IMG/VR virus record: IMGVR_UViG_3300020382_000130
Span: 1 to 33,261 of that record
Source: a virus
Lineage: Duplodnaviria; Caudoviricetes
Length of the DNA stretch: 33,261 nt
Direction: 5' to 3' (one strand)
Part shown: positions 17,725 through 25,923 of the stretch, in pieces
Position numbering within the stretch: position 1 is the first letter of the stretch
How the letters are laid out: each line of letters starts with the position of its first letter
Notes under the pieces: generated by a model
The model's database searches: none
What the model was told of the DNA's origin: nothing
What the model saw: the letters and a program-made list of their open reading frames with translations, nothing else
Position numbers and translations under genes: made by a program

Positions 17725-18417
17725 ATGGACTCTCAACTAAATTATTATTATAATAATGTTCCTGAAAAAGGAAAATGTAGAAATAATCTTATCTATACTA
17801 GTCTAATGAGCGACGATCAAAAAACATTCGTACAATGGTATCATAACGACAGCGAGTATCACAAAGGCCGCAACGAAGTAGTTGATTCGTCTTTAATGGC
17901 AGAAAAATTTGATAGAGAAATCCGGTATCTAAGTTTAATGGGACAACATTATCCTGATCTTGTGCCCGAGTACGAAATAGATAAGTTAAATCGCAAGATA
18001 TATTTAAAAGTAGACGGTCCTGACTTATGGGAGCTTGCAGGCTGCACCGGAACTGATTATTCCGATGTAGTACCAGACTGGAAAGAGCAGATGATAAGTA
18101 TTATTCAAGCACACCAGTCGCTAGGACTATACAAGTACGCTATGCATCCATCAAGTTATTTTGTTATAAATGGCAAACTTAAAAGTATTAATTACTTTTT
18201 TACATATCACGAAGACGAACCCAGGATACAAGTAGGTGATGTGTTAAGTCATATCAGTTTAGATCGGAGAAAAGCATTGTTACCGTTAATGGATAAATTA
18301 AATATTGATATTAATGAATCGAAATCATTTAAAGATTATCATATGTTATGTTTCAATAGTTTTTCAAATAATTTTTCAGAAGACTTTATAGAAATGGCAA
18401 AGAACGTTTATGTATAA
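17725..18417 (+). CDS. Protein-kinase-like fold protein (degenerate), paralog of 15803-16360
   Basis: FDREI, DWKEQM, LYKYAMHPSSYF and LKSINYF align with the other kinase-like ORF. Confidence 0.5.
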   Translation: MDSQLNYYYNNVPEKGKCRNNLIYTSLMSDDQKTFVQWYHNDSEYHKGRNEVVDSSLMAEKFDREIRYLSLMGQHYPDLVPEYEIDKLNRKIYLKVDGPDLWELAGCTGTDYSDVVPDWKEQMISIIQAHQSLGLYKYAMHPSSYFVINGKLKSINYFFTYHEDEPRIQVGDVLSHISLDRRKALLPLMDKLNIDINESKSFKDYHMLCFNSFSNNFSEDFIEMAKNVYV

Positions 18418-18973
18418 GATGGTTCCATTCTCAGACGATTTAGATTTAACAGACTTTTATGCTAAGTGTGCTGCAAAAGGATTTGTTAATAATTCCAGTC
18501 GACATATGCTAGTTGACTGTTTTAAAAAAGAAAAAGAAAAGCAAACATGGATATTGTATTATAATGGTGTAGCAGCAGGCAGTGTTGCGTGTCATAGTTT
18601 TCCTGAAATGGGAGAAGATGCATATCGCATTGCTGCAAGATCATGTGTGCTTACTGACGAGTTACCAAGAAAGAGTTTGTTTGCTCTAAAGTCGATGATT
18701 AACAATCAAAATGTAACAGCACAATTTTTTATGACTACATGTATACAATGGTCTGGCTTAGATAAAAACCATTACGTTACTACTAATGACCTCGATGGTG
18801 GCTCGCAACGGCTAGTACATAATATTGTATTTCCTAATCTTGAAAAAGTAGGAATGTGTAAAAATGTCGGTAAGATAAATTATAGAGGCGCTGAACAAAC
18901 TGTGTGGCATTTTATTCCACAAGTATTTTATAAGGATTTGGAAAAATATGGAAGATGGCAAGAAAATTTCTGA
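18410..18973 (+). CDS. Putative GNAT-fold acyltransferase
   Basis: WILYYNGVAAGSVA beta-hairpin, YRIAAR strand, YVTTN..S; size fits a GNAT fold. Weak call. Confidence 0.4.
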   Translation: MYKMVPFSDDLDLTDFYAKCAAKGFVNNSSRHMLVDCFKKEKEKQTWILYYNGVAAGSVACHSFPEMGEDAYRIAARSCVLTDELPRKSLFALKSMINNQNVTAQFFMTTCIQWSGLDKNHYVTTNDLDGGSQRLVHNIVFPNLEKVGMCKNVGKINYRGAEQTVWHFIPQVFYKDLEKYGRWQENF

Positions 18974-20030
18974 TACTACGAGTTTATGCGAAACTTGTTA
19001 TATGCATATACCGTCAACTGTATTCGAAAGAGACAATAGCATTTGGCTAGGCAAAACTTGCCTAGAGCACGGATATATAGAACACATGATAGAACGTGAC
19101 GCAGATTTTTATCATAATTTGCATTATAACTATGATTCAGAATTTACAGTAAATGGTACAATGATCGAAGTAACTGATCGGTGTAATCTTGCCTGTCCTC
19201 ATTGCTATCACGAACCTGAAAACAAAGTTCAAGATAGACCTATCGAAAGTATTTTAGCACAGATGTCAACTTGGCCTATTGACACTAACGCAGTAATACT
19301 AGCAGGAGCTGAGCCTACATTACGTAAAGACTTGCCTGCACTAATAAAAGCAATTAAAGACTTTTGGGCAAAACGTGATCTTCCTGACATGCACGTTATT
19401 ATTCTAACAAATGGATTAAAGTTTAATAATATTAAATTTTGTAGAGAGCTTGAACAAGCAGGAACTACATCAGTACTAATAGGTATGAATCATAAGTCGT
19501 ACCAAGGCGAAAAGGTACACAACAAACAAATACAAGGTATTAAAAATTGTAAAGAAGTAGGATTATTTGTTTATTATGTAGGCTTTACTTTAGAAACACA
19601 TGAACATCTTCCGGACGTATTAGAAGAAATACAGTTGCTTGGCGACACTGCATACCAGTACAGGATACGAGCAGGCAGCGATATAGGAAGATCACCAGAT
19701 GAAGAACGATTATACCTAAGTGATAACGTTAACGTAATAAAGCAAATTGCCCAAGACAAAGGCTGGGAATGGGAAGACATAGATGGTGATGATAATCTGT
19801 ATCATTATATGGTTAAAATTAATGGAATAAATCATAGAATAATACAATGGTGTGATGTAAAGACAATTGAGTTAGCAGAGTTGCGACACGGTCCGTGGTG
19901 CGACTTTGTACCAGGCAAACCAGTTTCAAATTTCTTGCATCAAATAATGTTAAGAGATCGAACAATTAACGAACAGCAACCATTATTAGATACTGTTCCG
20001 CAACATTATCGATATAGATCCATTACATAA
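18948..20030 (+). CDS. Radical SAM protein with Tes/MJ0619-type N-terminal CxxC...CxxH domain
   Basis: TTSLCETC...KTCLEHG, then IEVTDRCNLACPHCY, LAGAEPT, LTNG. Confidence 0.85.
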   Translation: MEDGKKISDTTSLCETCYMHIPSTVFERDNSIWLGKTCLEHGYIEHMIERDADFYHNLHYNYDSEFTVNGTMIEVTDRCNLACPHCYHEPENKVQDRPIESILAQMSTWPIDTNAVILAGAEPTLRKDLPALIKAIKDFWAKRDLPDMHVIILTNGLKFNNIKFCRELEQAGTTSVLIGMNHKSYQGEKVHNKQIQGIKNCKEVGLFVYYVGFTLETHEHLPDVLEEIQLLGDTAYQYRIRAGSDIGRSPDEERLYLSDNVNVIKQIAQDKGWEWEDIDGDDNLYHYMVKINGINHRIIQWCDVKTIELAELRHGPWCDFVPGKPVSNFLHQIMLRDRTINEQQPLLDTVPQHYRYRSIT

Positions 20031-20034
20031 TAAC

Positions 20035-20598
20035 ATGCTAATTGATTATACAAAATATAAAGACTTTAATAAGTTACATGATATCTTTAGAGAAATAAAA
20101 GCTCTGTACGATATAGAAAAAGATCCTGCAGATTTTAAGATTGAAGATTGGAATGAAGCTACTTGGGAAACAGGACAACACGATCCTGAAATCGAAACCT
20201 GGAGTTACGACATATATAATGCTTATTTAAAAAGACAGCCTCCTAGTAGATATTCAAATGTAGTTGAAAAAATTAAAAATCTACATGGCATATGTTATTC
20301 TTCTGTAATAATAGTTAATCCTAATGCTAACATGCCTAAGCATACAGACTGGAGCCATATCGAAGGCATGAGTGATGATAATCCTGACAAAACATTTACT
20401 TTAATGTATTATCTAAAACAGCCACAGACTACAGAGGAATTTTGTGGTATGAAGTTTGCTGATAAAAAATTATATTTGCCTGAGGATAGTATAATATGTT
20501 TAGATGGTGGACGGGTAGAACATTCAGTATACAACTATACAGATGATATTCGAGTAAGTTTTTGCATAAGTATTTTAGAAACGAGTTTTGACCTATGA
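20035..20598 (+). CDS. Asp/Asn beta-hydroxylase-like dioxygenase
   Basis: MPKHTD (HxD), EHSVYN...R. Confidence 0.75.
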   Translation: MLIDYTKYKDFNKLHDIFREIKALYDIEKDPADFKIEDWNEATWETGQHDPEIETWSYDIYNAYLKRQPPSRYSNVVEKIKNLHGICYSSVIIVNPNANMPKHTDWSHIEGMSDDNPDKTFTLMYYLKQPQTTEEFCGMKFADKKLYLPEDSIICLDGGRVEHSVYNYTDDIRVSFCISILETSFDL

Positions 20599-21176
20599 AA
20601 ATTATTGATAACTTCTTAGACCACGAAGATTTGGATAGTCTTAGTAAACTTATCCAAGACAAAATAAACCAGCTTGGCTGGCAAACATCGCAAGATTTCT
20701 ACAAGCATGAAATTGGCGGCGCAATTCTTACTTCTATTAATCCGTTTTTATACGAAATAACTGACACACATAAAGACTTTATTATTAAGATTTTATCAGA
20801 CAACAATATATTACAAACTAAGCCAGATTTATTTGTAGCATTAATACAAGTTGCACAACCTTTAGCAAGCATTGAGTGGCATACAGATACACACTCTAGC
20901 TATGACGAACCGGGATCAGAGGATCCATATGATGTTATAGGAATTACACTATACTTTAATAAAGAGTGGAATCATAATTGGGGAGGTTATTTTTGTAGTA
21001 AAGAATCAAAAGAGAATACGCAGGGAGTTTTCGTTCAACCTGTTTACAATAGGTTAGTAATAAATGATGGACTAGAGCCGCATGCTGTTACACCTATAGA
21101 TAGATCTGCTGACGACAGAATTACTATACAGTTATTTGTCAGTAGAAGCAGCATTAGTGGAGTATACCTAACATGA
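20595..21176 (+). CDS. Prolyl-4-hydroxylase-like Fe(II)/2OG dioxygenase
   Basis: EWHTD, LYFN.EW..NWGG, P.YNRLV, PHAVT, DRITIQ. Confidence 0.8.
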   Translation: MKIIDNFLDHEDLDSLSKLIQDKINQLGWQTSQDFYKHEIGGAILTSINPFLYEITDTHKDFIIKILSDNNILQTKPDLFVALIQVAQPLASIEWHTDTHSSYDEPGSEDPYDVIGITLYFNKEWNHNWGGYFCSKESKENTQGVFVQPVYNRLVINDGLEPHAVTPIDRSADDRITIQLFVSRSSISGVYLT

Positions 21177-21733
21177 CAAAATCATATATATTTGATATTA
21201 AAGATTACAACGATTACGAAAATTTAGATCGTGCGCGTGTATTGTATAAAGAAGAATTAGATATGTTTATGCAAGATTACAGTATTGTGCAAGACATAGG
21301 AATGGATCTTGATGAAATGTACGGAACTGGAGTTAAAGATAATTGGAGGACAATACCTATTATTAATTCAGACCCCGGTGGTATTCATTTTAAAGAAAAG
21401 TTTCCAAAAACACTAGCAATGATTGAAACTTGCAGAGGAATAACTAATTTCTCTATGAATTTTATCAGACCCAAAGGGGTAATAGTTCCGCATCAAGACC
21501 CTTATGATATTATTGACGGTGAAGAAATAAAACATTACAATTGTGTAGCAGGTGTTGTTATACCAACAACTGACGTAAACGAATGCGGCATGAAAATAGA
21601 CAACGAAATTAAATATTTGCATGAAGGCGAATGGTTTTGCTTTCATCCAGATGCTAGACACGAAGTATGGAATAAAACATCCAATTATAGACTTACTGTA
21701 ATTGCTACTATTGACAGGAGATATTTTAAATGA
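21173..21733 (+). CDS. Asp/Asn beta-hydroxylase-like dioxygenase
   Basis: FPKT, IVPHQD (HxD), EGE, RHEVWN...RL. Confidence 0.8.
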   Translation: MTKSYIFDIKDYNDYENLDRARVLYKEELDMFMQDYSIVQDIGMDLDEMYGTGVKDNWRTIPIINSDPGGIHFKEKFPKTLAMIETCRGITNFSMNFIRPKGVIVPHQDPYDIIDGEEIKHYNCVAGVVIPTTDVNECGMKIDNEIKYLHEGEWFCFHPDARHEVWNKTSNYRLTVIATIDRRYFK

Positions 21734-22845
21734 GTTTTAAAGGATTAGTACCAGATACACAACCAGATACCGTTTATCCTGCGCCACCTTATTGGGACTA
21801 TGGCACTATCGTTGACGGCGAAAAAATAGTAGATCCTATATTACATTTCGGATGTTTTGTATTAGGTTACAACCGCCATGACATTATCGATCATGTAACT
21901 GAGCAACTTAAAACTATAAAACCAGAAATAGCAGAACTTGCATTTATGAGAGACGACAAGCCTAGATTAAATCAAGCTAGTGTCTTATTAGCAGACAAGC
22001 TATTTGAAATTAGTGCCGGCTACCGAAGCTTTTACGCTTTGTCTGGAAGTGACGCAAACGAAGGAGCAGTTAAGCTCGCATTTGCATATCAGCATACTAA
22101 AGGCAATTATAACAAAAAAAGAATAGTTAGTTTTGAAAAAGCATATCACGGCAGCACAATGCTCACTAGTAGCCTAGGCGCAGATAACTTAATGGAAAAT
22201 CCTTTTTACCATATGGATGCTTACCAAGGAGTCACACGTATTCCAAGAGACTTTGAATATTCTCCAGATGAGTGGAATGACGTTAGTTGCATAGTAGTAG
22301 AATCTTGTTCCTACGGCGGCAACATGGATCCATGCACTACAGAATTTTGGAATAAACTCACACGTATACAACAAGAGCATGATGTTATATTAATTATTGA
22401 TGATGTCTTTATGGGTGGCGGGAAATCAGGAAACTATATTGGTTGGAAAAACTTACCTGTAAAACCGGATATTTCAACAATGGGCAAGGCTATTACAGCA
22501 GGCACTTTTCCTTTAAGTTTAGTTTTGTACAATGACAAAATACACGATTCATTGCCTAAGAACTTTAATTGGACACACGGATTTACTTACACTTATTCAA
22601 TGCCTGGAATACTCAGTGCTCTTAAATACATAGATATTTTAGAAAAAGAACAAATACTTGCTAACCATTATACATTAAAAGAAAAAGCAAGAGCTGTATT
22701 TTCAAAAGCAGGTTATCAAATAATTAATACGTTCGGGTTGCATTTTATGATTCGAAACGATGATGACGATCAGATGTTATATGTAATACCACTAAATGCT
22801 ACAGACGAGTATTTTGAAGTACTTTTAAAAAATCTCTCGACGTAA
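21730..22845 (+). CDS. Class III PLP-dependent aminotransferase
   Basis: LGY, SGSDANEGAVK, YHGST, IIDDVFMGGGKSG, DISTMGKAIT (PLP Lys), HGFTY. Confidence 0.88.
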   Translation: MSFKGLVPDTQPDTVYPAPPYWDYGTIVDGEKIVDPILHFGCFVLGYNRHDIIDHVTEQLKTIKPEIAELAFMRDDKPRLNQASVLLADKLFEISAGYRSFYALSGSDANEGAVKLAFAYQHTKGNYNKKRIVSFEKAYHGSTMLTSSLGADNLMENPFYHMDAYQGVTRIPRDFEYSPDEWNDVSCIVVESCSYGGNMDPCTTEFWNKLTRIQQEHDVILIIDDVFMGGGKSGNYIGWKNLPVKPDISTMGKAITAGTFPLSLVLYNDKIHDSLPKNFNWTHGFTYTYSMPGILSALKYIDILEKEQILANHYTLKEKARAVFSKAGYQIINTFGLHFMIRNDDDDQMLYVIPLNATDEYFEVLLKNLST

Positions 22846-23901
22846 TCCATCACGCGAAACATCAAGTGTTAAGCAATGTATGCCCGACTCCCAATAAGTA
22901 CCATGTCGCATAGGCACACTTTCACACTCGATTCCGTGTGAATTTAACATACGAAATAATTCTGGAATTTCTCTGCTAAACAATATTAAGTTATGATCTA
23001 ATACAAGTACGTTAGTATCAAAATGGATTTCTTGATCATAGCCGCGCCATTTATCTAAGTATGTTTCTAACCATTCTTTACTATAAATTCCCTGAGTGCT
23101 TTTAAAGTCTTTAGCGTAATTTTCTATAATAGAGTAGCTGTCTTTTAAGTAGGATCCTATTTCTATTATCTTCTTATCTTGCAAATAACTAGGAATCCAA
23201 CTTTTATTATCACAGATAATAGTTTCGTCGTTTACAAAAAAGAATCCGTGATCTATATGTCCCCATCCGTCCATGCATGTACTATCGTTTGCAATAATGC
23301 TAACGTCTCTAATATTACGCTGGCACCATTCTAATCCTTTATTAGTACCTGGTCCTTGCATATTAGTTATTAATTTATCACCTGCTTTAAACATAGTGGC
23401 AGTATGCCATAAAATCTTTTCTTTTAATAAATCATGATAAACATCTTTACCGTCGATCCACCATTTTGTAGTAGGGTCTAAGTTAACAAGATTAGGAGTA
23501 GGTTGTGCAATCCAATTATAGCCGCTATCAAAGAGGTCTTGAAATATTTTATAAAAACTTAGCCCATCAAAATATCGATCAGTAAGGCTTGTATATGTTT
23601 GATAGATAGTTTCGTCTATAACGAGGTATTGGTCTCTAGGTACTAAAGGACTATTAGGAAGTTGTATATCAAAGGAACTTAAATGTGTTTCTTTTGGGGG
23701 AATTAGTGTTGGGCGCGTTACATTACAATTGTAAGATTTTAGTTTTTCTTCTAACTTTAGTAAGTCTTCTTTGGTTTCTTCTAGTATTAGATTAAATCCA
23801 CCGACACTCTCTGAATCAATAAGGTGATCAAAACTACCAGGCTCGTGACAGTCGCCTAGTATTACATTAGTTAGTTTGTCCCACTCCGTCCATATCGCCA
23901 T
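22825..23901 (-). CDS. Amidinotransferase (glycine/inosamine-phosphate amidinotransferase family)
   Basis: EWDKL..VILG, PRD, TN.KG..W, HID, C-terminal GIHCLT nucleophile; the ATG at 23901 follows an AAGGAGA SD. Confidence 0.85.
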   Translation of the reverse strand: MAIWTEWDKLTNVILGDCHEPGSFDHLIDSESVGGFNLILEETKEDLLKLEEKLKSYNCNVTRPTLIPPKETHLSSFDIQLPNSPLVPRDQYLVIDETIYQTYTSLTDRYFDGLSFYKIFQDLFDSGYNWIAQPTPNLVNLDPTTKWWIDGKDVYHDLLKEKILWHTATMFKAGDKLITNMQGPGTNKGLEWCQRNIRDVSIIANDSTCMDGWGHIDHGFFFVNDETIICDNKSWIPSYLQDKKIIEIGSYLKDSYSIIENYAKDFKSTQGIYSKEWLETYLDKWRGYDQEIHFDTNVLVLDHNLILFSREIPELFRMLNSHGIECESVPMRHGTYWESGIHCLTLDVSRDGLRREIF

Positions 23902-24337
23902 ATGCAAGTATCTCCTTTAAGTAATCTTGATCCCAATAGGAATAGTAATTAGTTTTACTTAGCTTACTTCTTGCTGCGTCGAGCTCTGATTTGGTTTGAA
24001 CAATAACTAACGGATAGTGCCCGTTACCTGTTTCGATACCTTGTATGTATGTTTTTTTATCTGGATGATCTGGGAGGAAATAATAATCGTTATGTACACT
24101 GTGTAACTTATCACACAATACTTCTAAGTCTTCAGGTGTAGAGTTAACACTAGTTTCACAAACGATTGTTAACGCCGAAGTGCAGAGATTAAATATCTCT
24201 TCTTCTAGTTTGTTTGTTTGTATAATTTTAGGAAGTGTCCTAGCATAAGGACAAATTGGATAATTATTTAATGTATCACGTGGCTGACGAACTCGCATCA
24301 GCCACTGTGATAAATTATACTCTATCTGATTATGCAC
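23867..24337 (-). CDS. Hypothetical protein (DUF1415-like motifs)
   Basis: ICPYA and DHPD motifs; overlaps both neighbours on the same strand. Confidence 0.6.
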   Translation of the reverse strand: MHNQIEYNLSQWLMRVRQPRDTLNNYPICPYARTLPKIIQTNKLEEEIFNLCTSALTIVCETSVNSTPEDLEVLCDKLHSVHNDYYFLPDHPDKKTYIQGIETGNGHYPLVIVQTKSELDAARSKLSKTNYYSYWDQDYLKEILAYGDMDGVGQTN

Positions 24338-25532
24338 CGACCGCCATTGCTCTCCATCCGCTACTTAAATATGCAACTATACTAGGAAAGCCATTAGATA
24401 ATGGGTTCCAAGTGGTTCCATCTGCAAGACAAATCATGCCTTCAACAGGAGTAGGTGGAGCGACAGTTAATATTTTTAATGCCATAGTGCCGCCGATGTC
24501 CAAAGTAGCTCTTGCTTGTACAAGATCTCTGCCAACGCTTACTGCACCGACACTATCTAATGTCATAGCTGTTGCTGTATTGTTTGGGTCGCCGTCTGCT
24601 ATTGTTTGGATAACTATCATACCAGGAACATTATTTCCAGCTACTGTTCCATTAGGGTCAACTAAATGAGAAACTGCTGTAGAAGCTGTATAGTTTGCAG
24701 TAGTAGCGTTCCATCCTGCAAAAAATTGACCATGTATAAGGTCGCCAGCTACTAATGCTGTAGGAGTTGTTAATGATCCTCTAGAAACATTAACAACTGA
24801 TTCAGCACCGCTGTTTGCGTCAGCAATTCCGTATGTACGAGCAACAATTCCGGGTAATGGGTTCCAATGAGCAAGTATAGGATTTGTTGTACTATCAGTA
24901 AATCCTATGTTTATTCTTGCGCCGCCTGTTGTAATATTTCCGTCAGCTATAAAGTTTAAATCACGAGTATTAAGTTTGTTATTAGTGCCATCGACTATAG
25001 TTGTTGAGTCATCACCAAACACACTACCTGTTACGTCACCGTCTAATGTACCTAAGTGTGCGCCTGTAGCGTTACCTGTAACATTACCTGTAACATTACC
25101 TGTAACATTACCTGTTAACGGTCCAATAAAGTTTGTGTTCGCTGTAATAACAGTACCTGTAACAGCCGCAGGCGTTGTTCCGCCAATGATACCATCTTGT
25201 GTGCCTGTTACGTTACCAGCTAAATTGCCTGTTACGTTACCAACTAAATTGCCTGTTACGCTACTGACAGTTATACTTCCAGCTGGACCCCACTTACTAG
25301 TACCTGTATTATATGCTAATAAATTATTATTAGCTAGTCCCGCTAAGTCAGTATCAGTTAATCCAGATAACGTAGTTGATGCGCCACCTGCTCCTGCTAC
25401 TACAGTACCGCCAACAGTTGAGCCGTCACCAGCATATAACAATTTAGTGTCAGTAGTGTAGATTAACTCACCTTCTACGGGTGTTATATTCAACCGTTCT
25501 GCATCGGTTCCGCGTCTTAGACGTAATGCCAT
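24330..25532 (-). CDS. Tail fibre/virion structural protein with Mtd_N-like N-terminus and GNVT repeats
   Basis: MALRLRRGT...P.EGELIYTTDT..LY.GDG N-terminus; Gly/Thr/Asn-rich; C-terminal PVEGMI..ADG..W; AGGAG SD and TATAAATA upstream. Confidence 0.8.
   Translation of the reverse strand: MALRLRRGTDAERLNITPVEGELIYTTDTKLLYAGDGSTVGGTVVAGAGGASTTLSGLTDTDLAGLANNNLLAYNTGTSKWGPAGSITVSSVTGNLVGNVTGNLAGNVTGTQDGIIGGTTPAAVTGTVITANTNFIGPLTGNVTGNVTGNVTGNATGAHLGTLDGDVTGSVFGDDSTTIVDGTNNKLNTRDLNFIADGNITTGGARINIGFTDSTTNPILAHWNPLPGIVARTYGIADANSGAESVVNVSRGSLTTPTALVAGDLIHGQFFAGWNATTANYTASTAVSHLVDPNGTVAGNNVPGMIVIQTIADGDPNNTATAMTLDSVGAVSVGRDLVQARATLDIGGTMALKILTVAPPTPVEGMICLADGTTWNPLSNGFPSIVAYLSSGWRAMAVGA
25072..25115. 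repeat. Perfect 12-bp tandem repeat (TTACCTGTAACA x3.7) encoding VTGN units
   Basis: Read directly from the sequence. Confidence 0.9.
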
Positions 25533-25563
25533 GTGTTTAACTCCTGGAATATCTTATTACTAG

Positions 25564-25571
25564 TATTTATA
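25564..25571 (-). promoter_or_regulatory. T4-type late promoter TATAAATA for the tail-fibre-like gene
   Basis: TATTTATA on plus, 31 nt upstream of the ATG; SD AGGAG at 25541-25545. Confidence 0.75.
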
Positions 25572-25593
25572 CAATCTAAAAGATAACTCAAGA

Positions 25594-25923
25594 CTACTTA
25601 CGCTTCTTCATAAAAGTTTTAGTTCGTTTTTTAACATCTGAAACAACCTTCGCAGTATTTAGACGAAAATCAACATGTGATATTTCTTCATTATATTCCG
25701 CTAGAAATACTTCTAAACTATGTTCTATTACTCCCGCATCGCCGTGATCTGCCATAAACATAGATTCTGTTGTTTTGTCCATATCTATCTCCCAGATCTT
25801 TCCATCATGGAAGTAAACATGGACACTATGGATATACTCGATAGGAACAGCTTTTATTTCAACATCACTGAATATCTCAGGCCATTGACTAATTACTTCG
25901 GGCGGTAACTTATTTTTAGGCAC
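25594..25923 (-). CDS. Hypothetical phage protein
   Basis: 109 aa ORF with GTG start overlapping the upstream gene, in a minus-strand operon. Confidence 0.75.
   Translation of the reverse strand: MPKNKLPPEVISQWPEIFSDVEIKAVPIEYIHSVHVYFHDGKIWEIDMDKTTESMFMADHGDAGVIEHSLEVFLAEYNEEISHVDFRLNTAKVVSDVKKRTKTFMKKRK

Noticed and set aside
24256-25461. Long plus-strand ORFs (24256-24669, 24907-25461) with PVTL repeats
   Set aside because: They are antisense shadows of the Gly/Thr/Val-rich fibre gene; the repeats mirror VTGN codons, and there is no SD or promoter.
24330-25532. Diversity-generating retroelement suggested by the Mtd-like N-terminus
   Set aside because: No reverse transcriptase, no TR/VR repeat pair and no C-type-lectin-like C-terminus are visible in the window.
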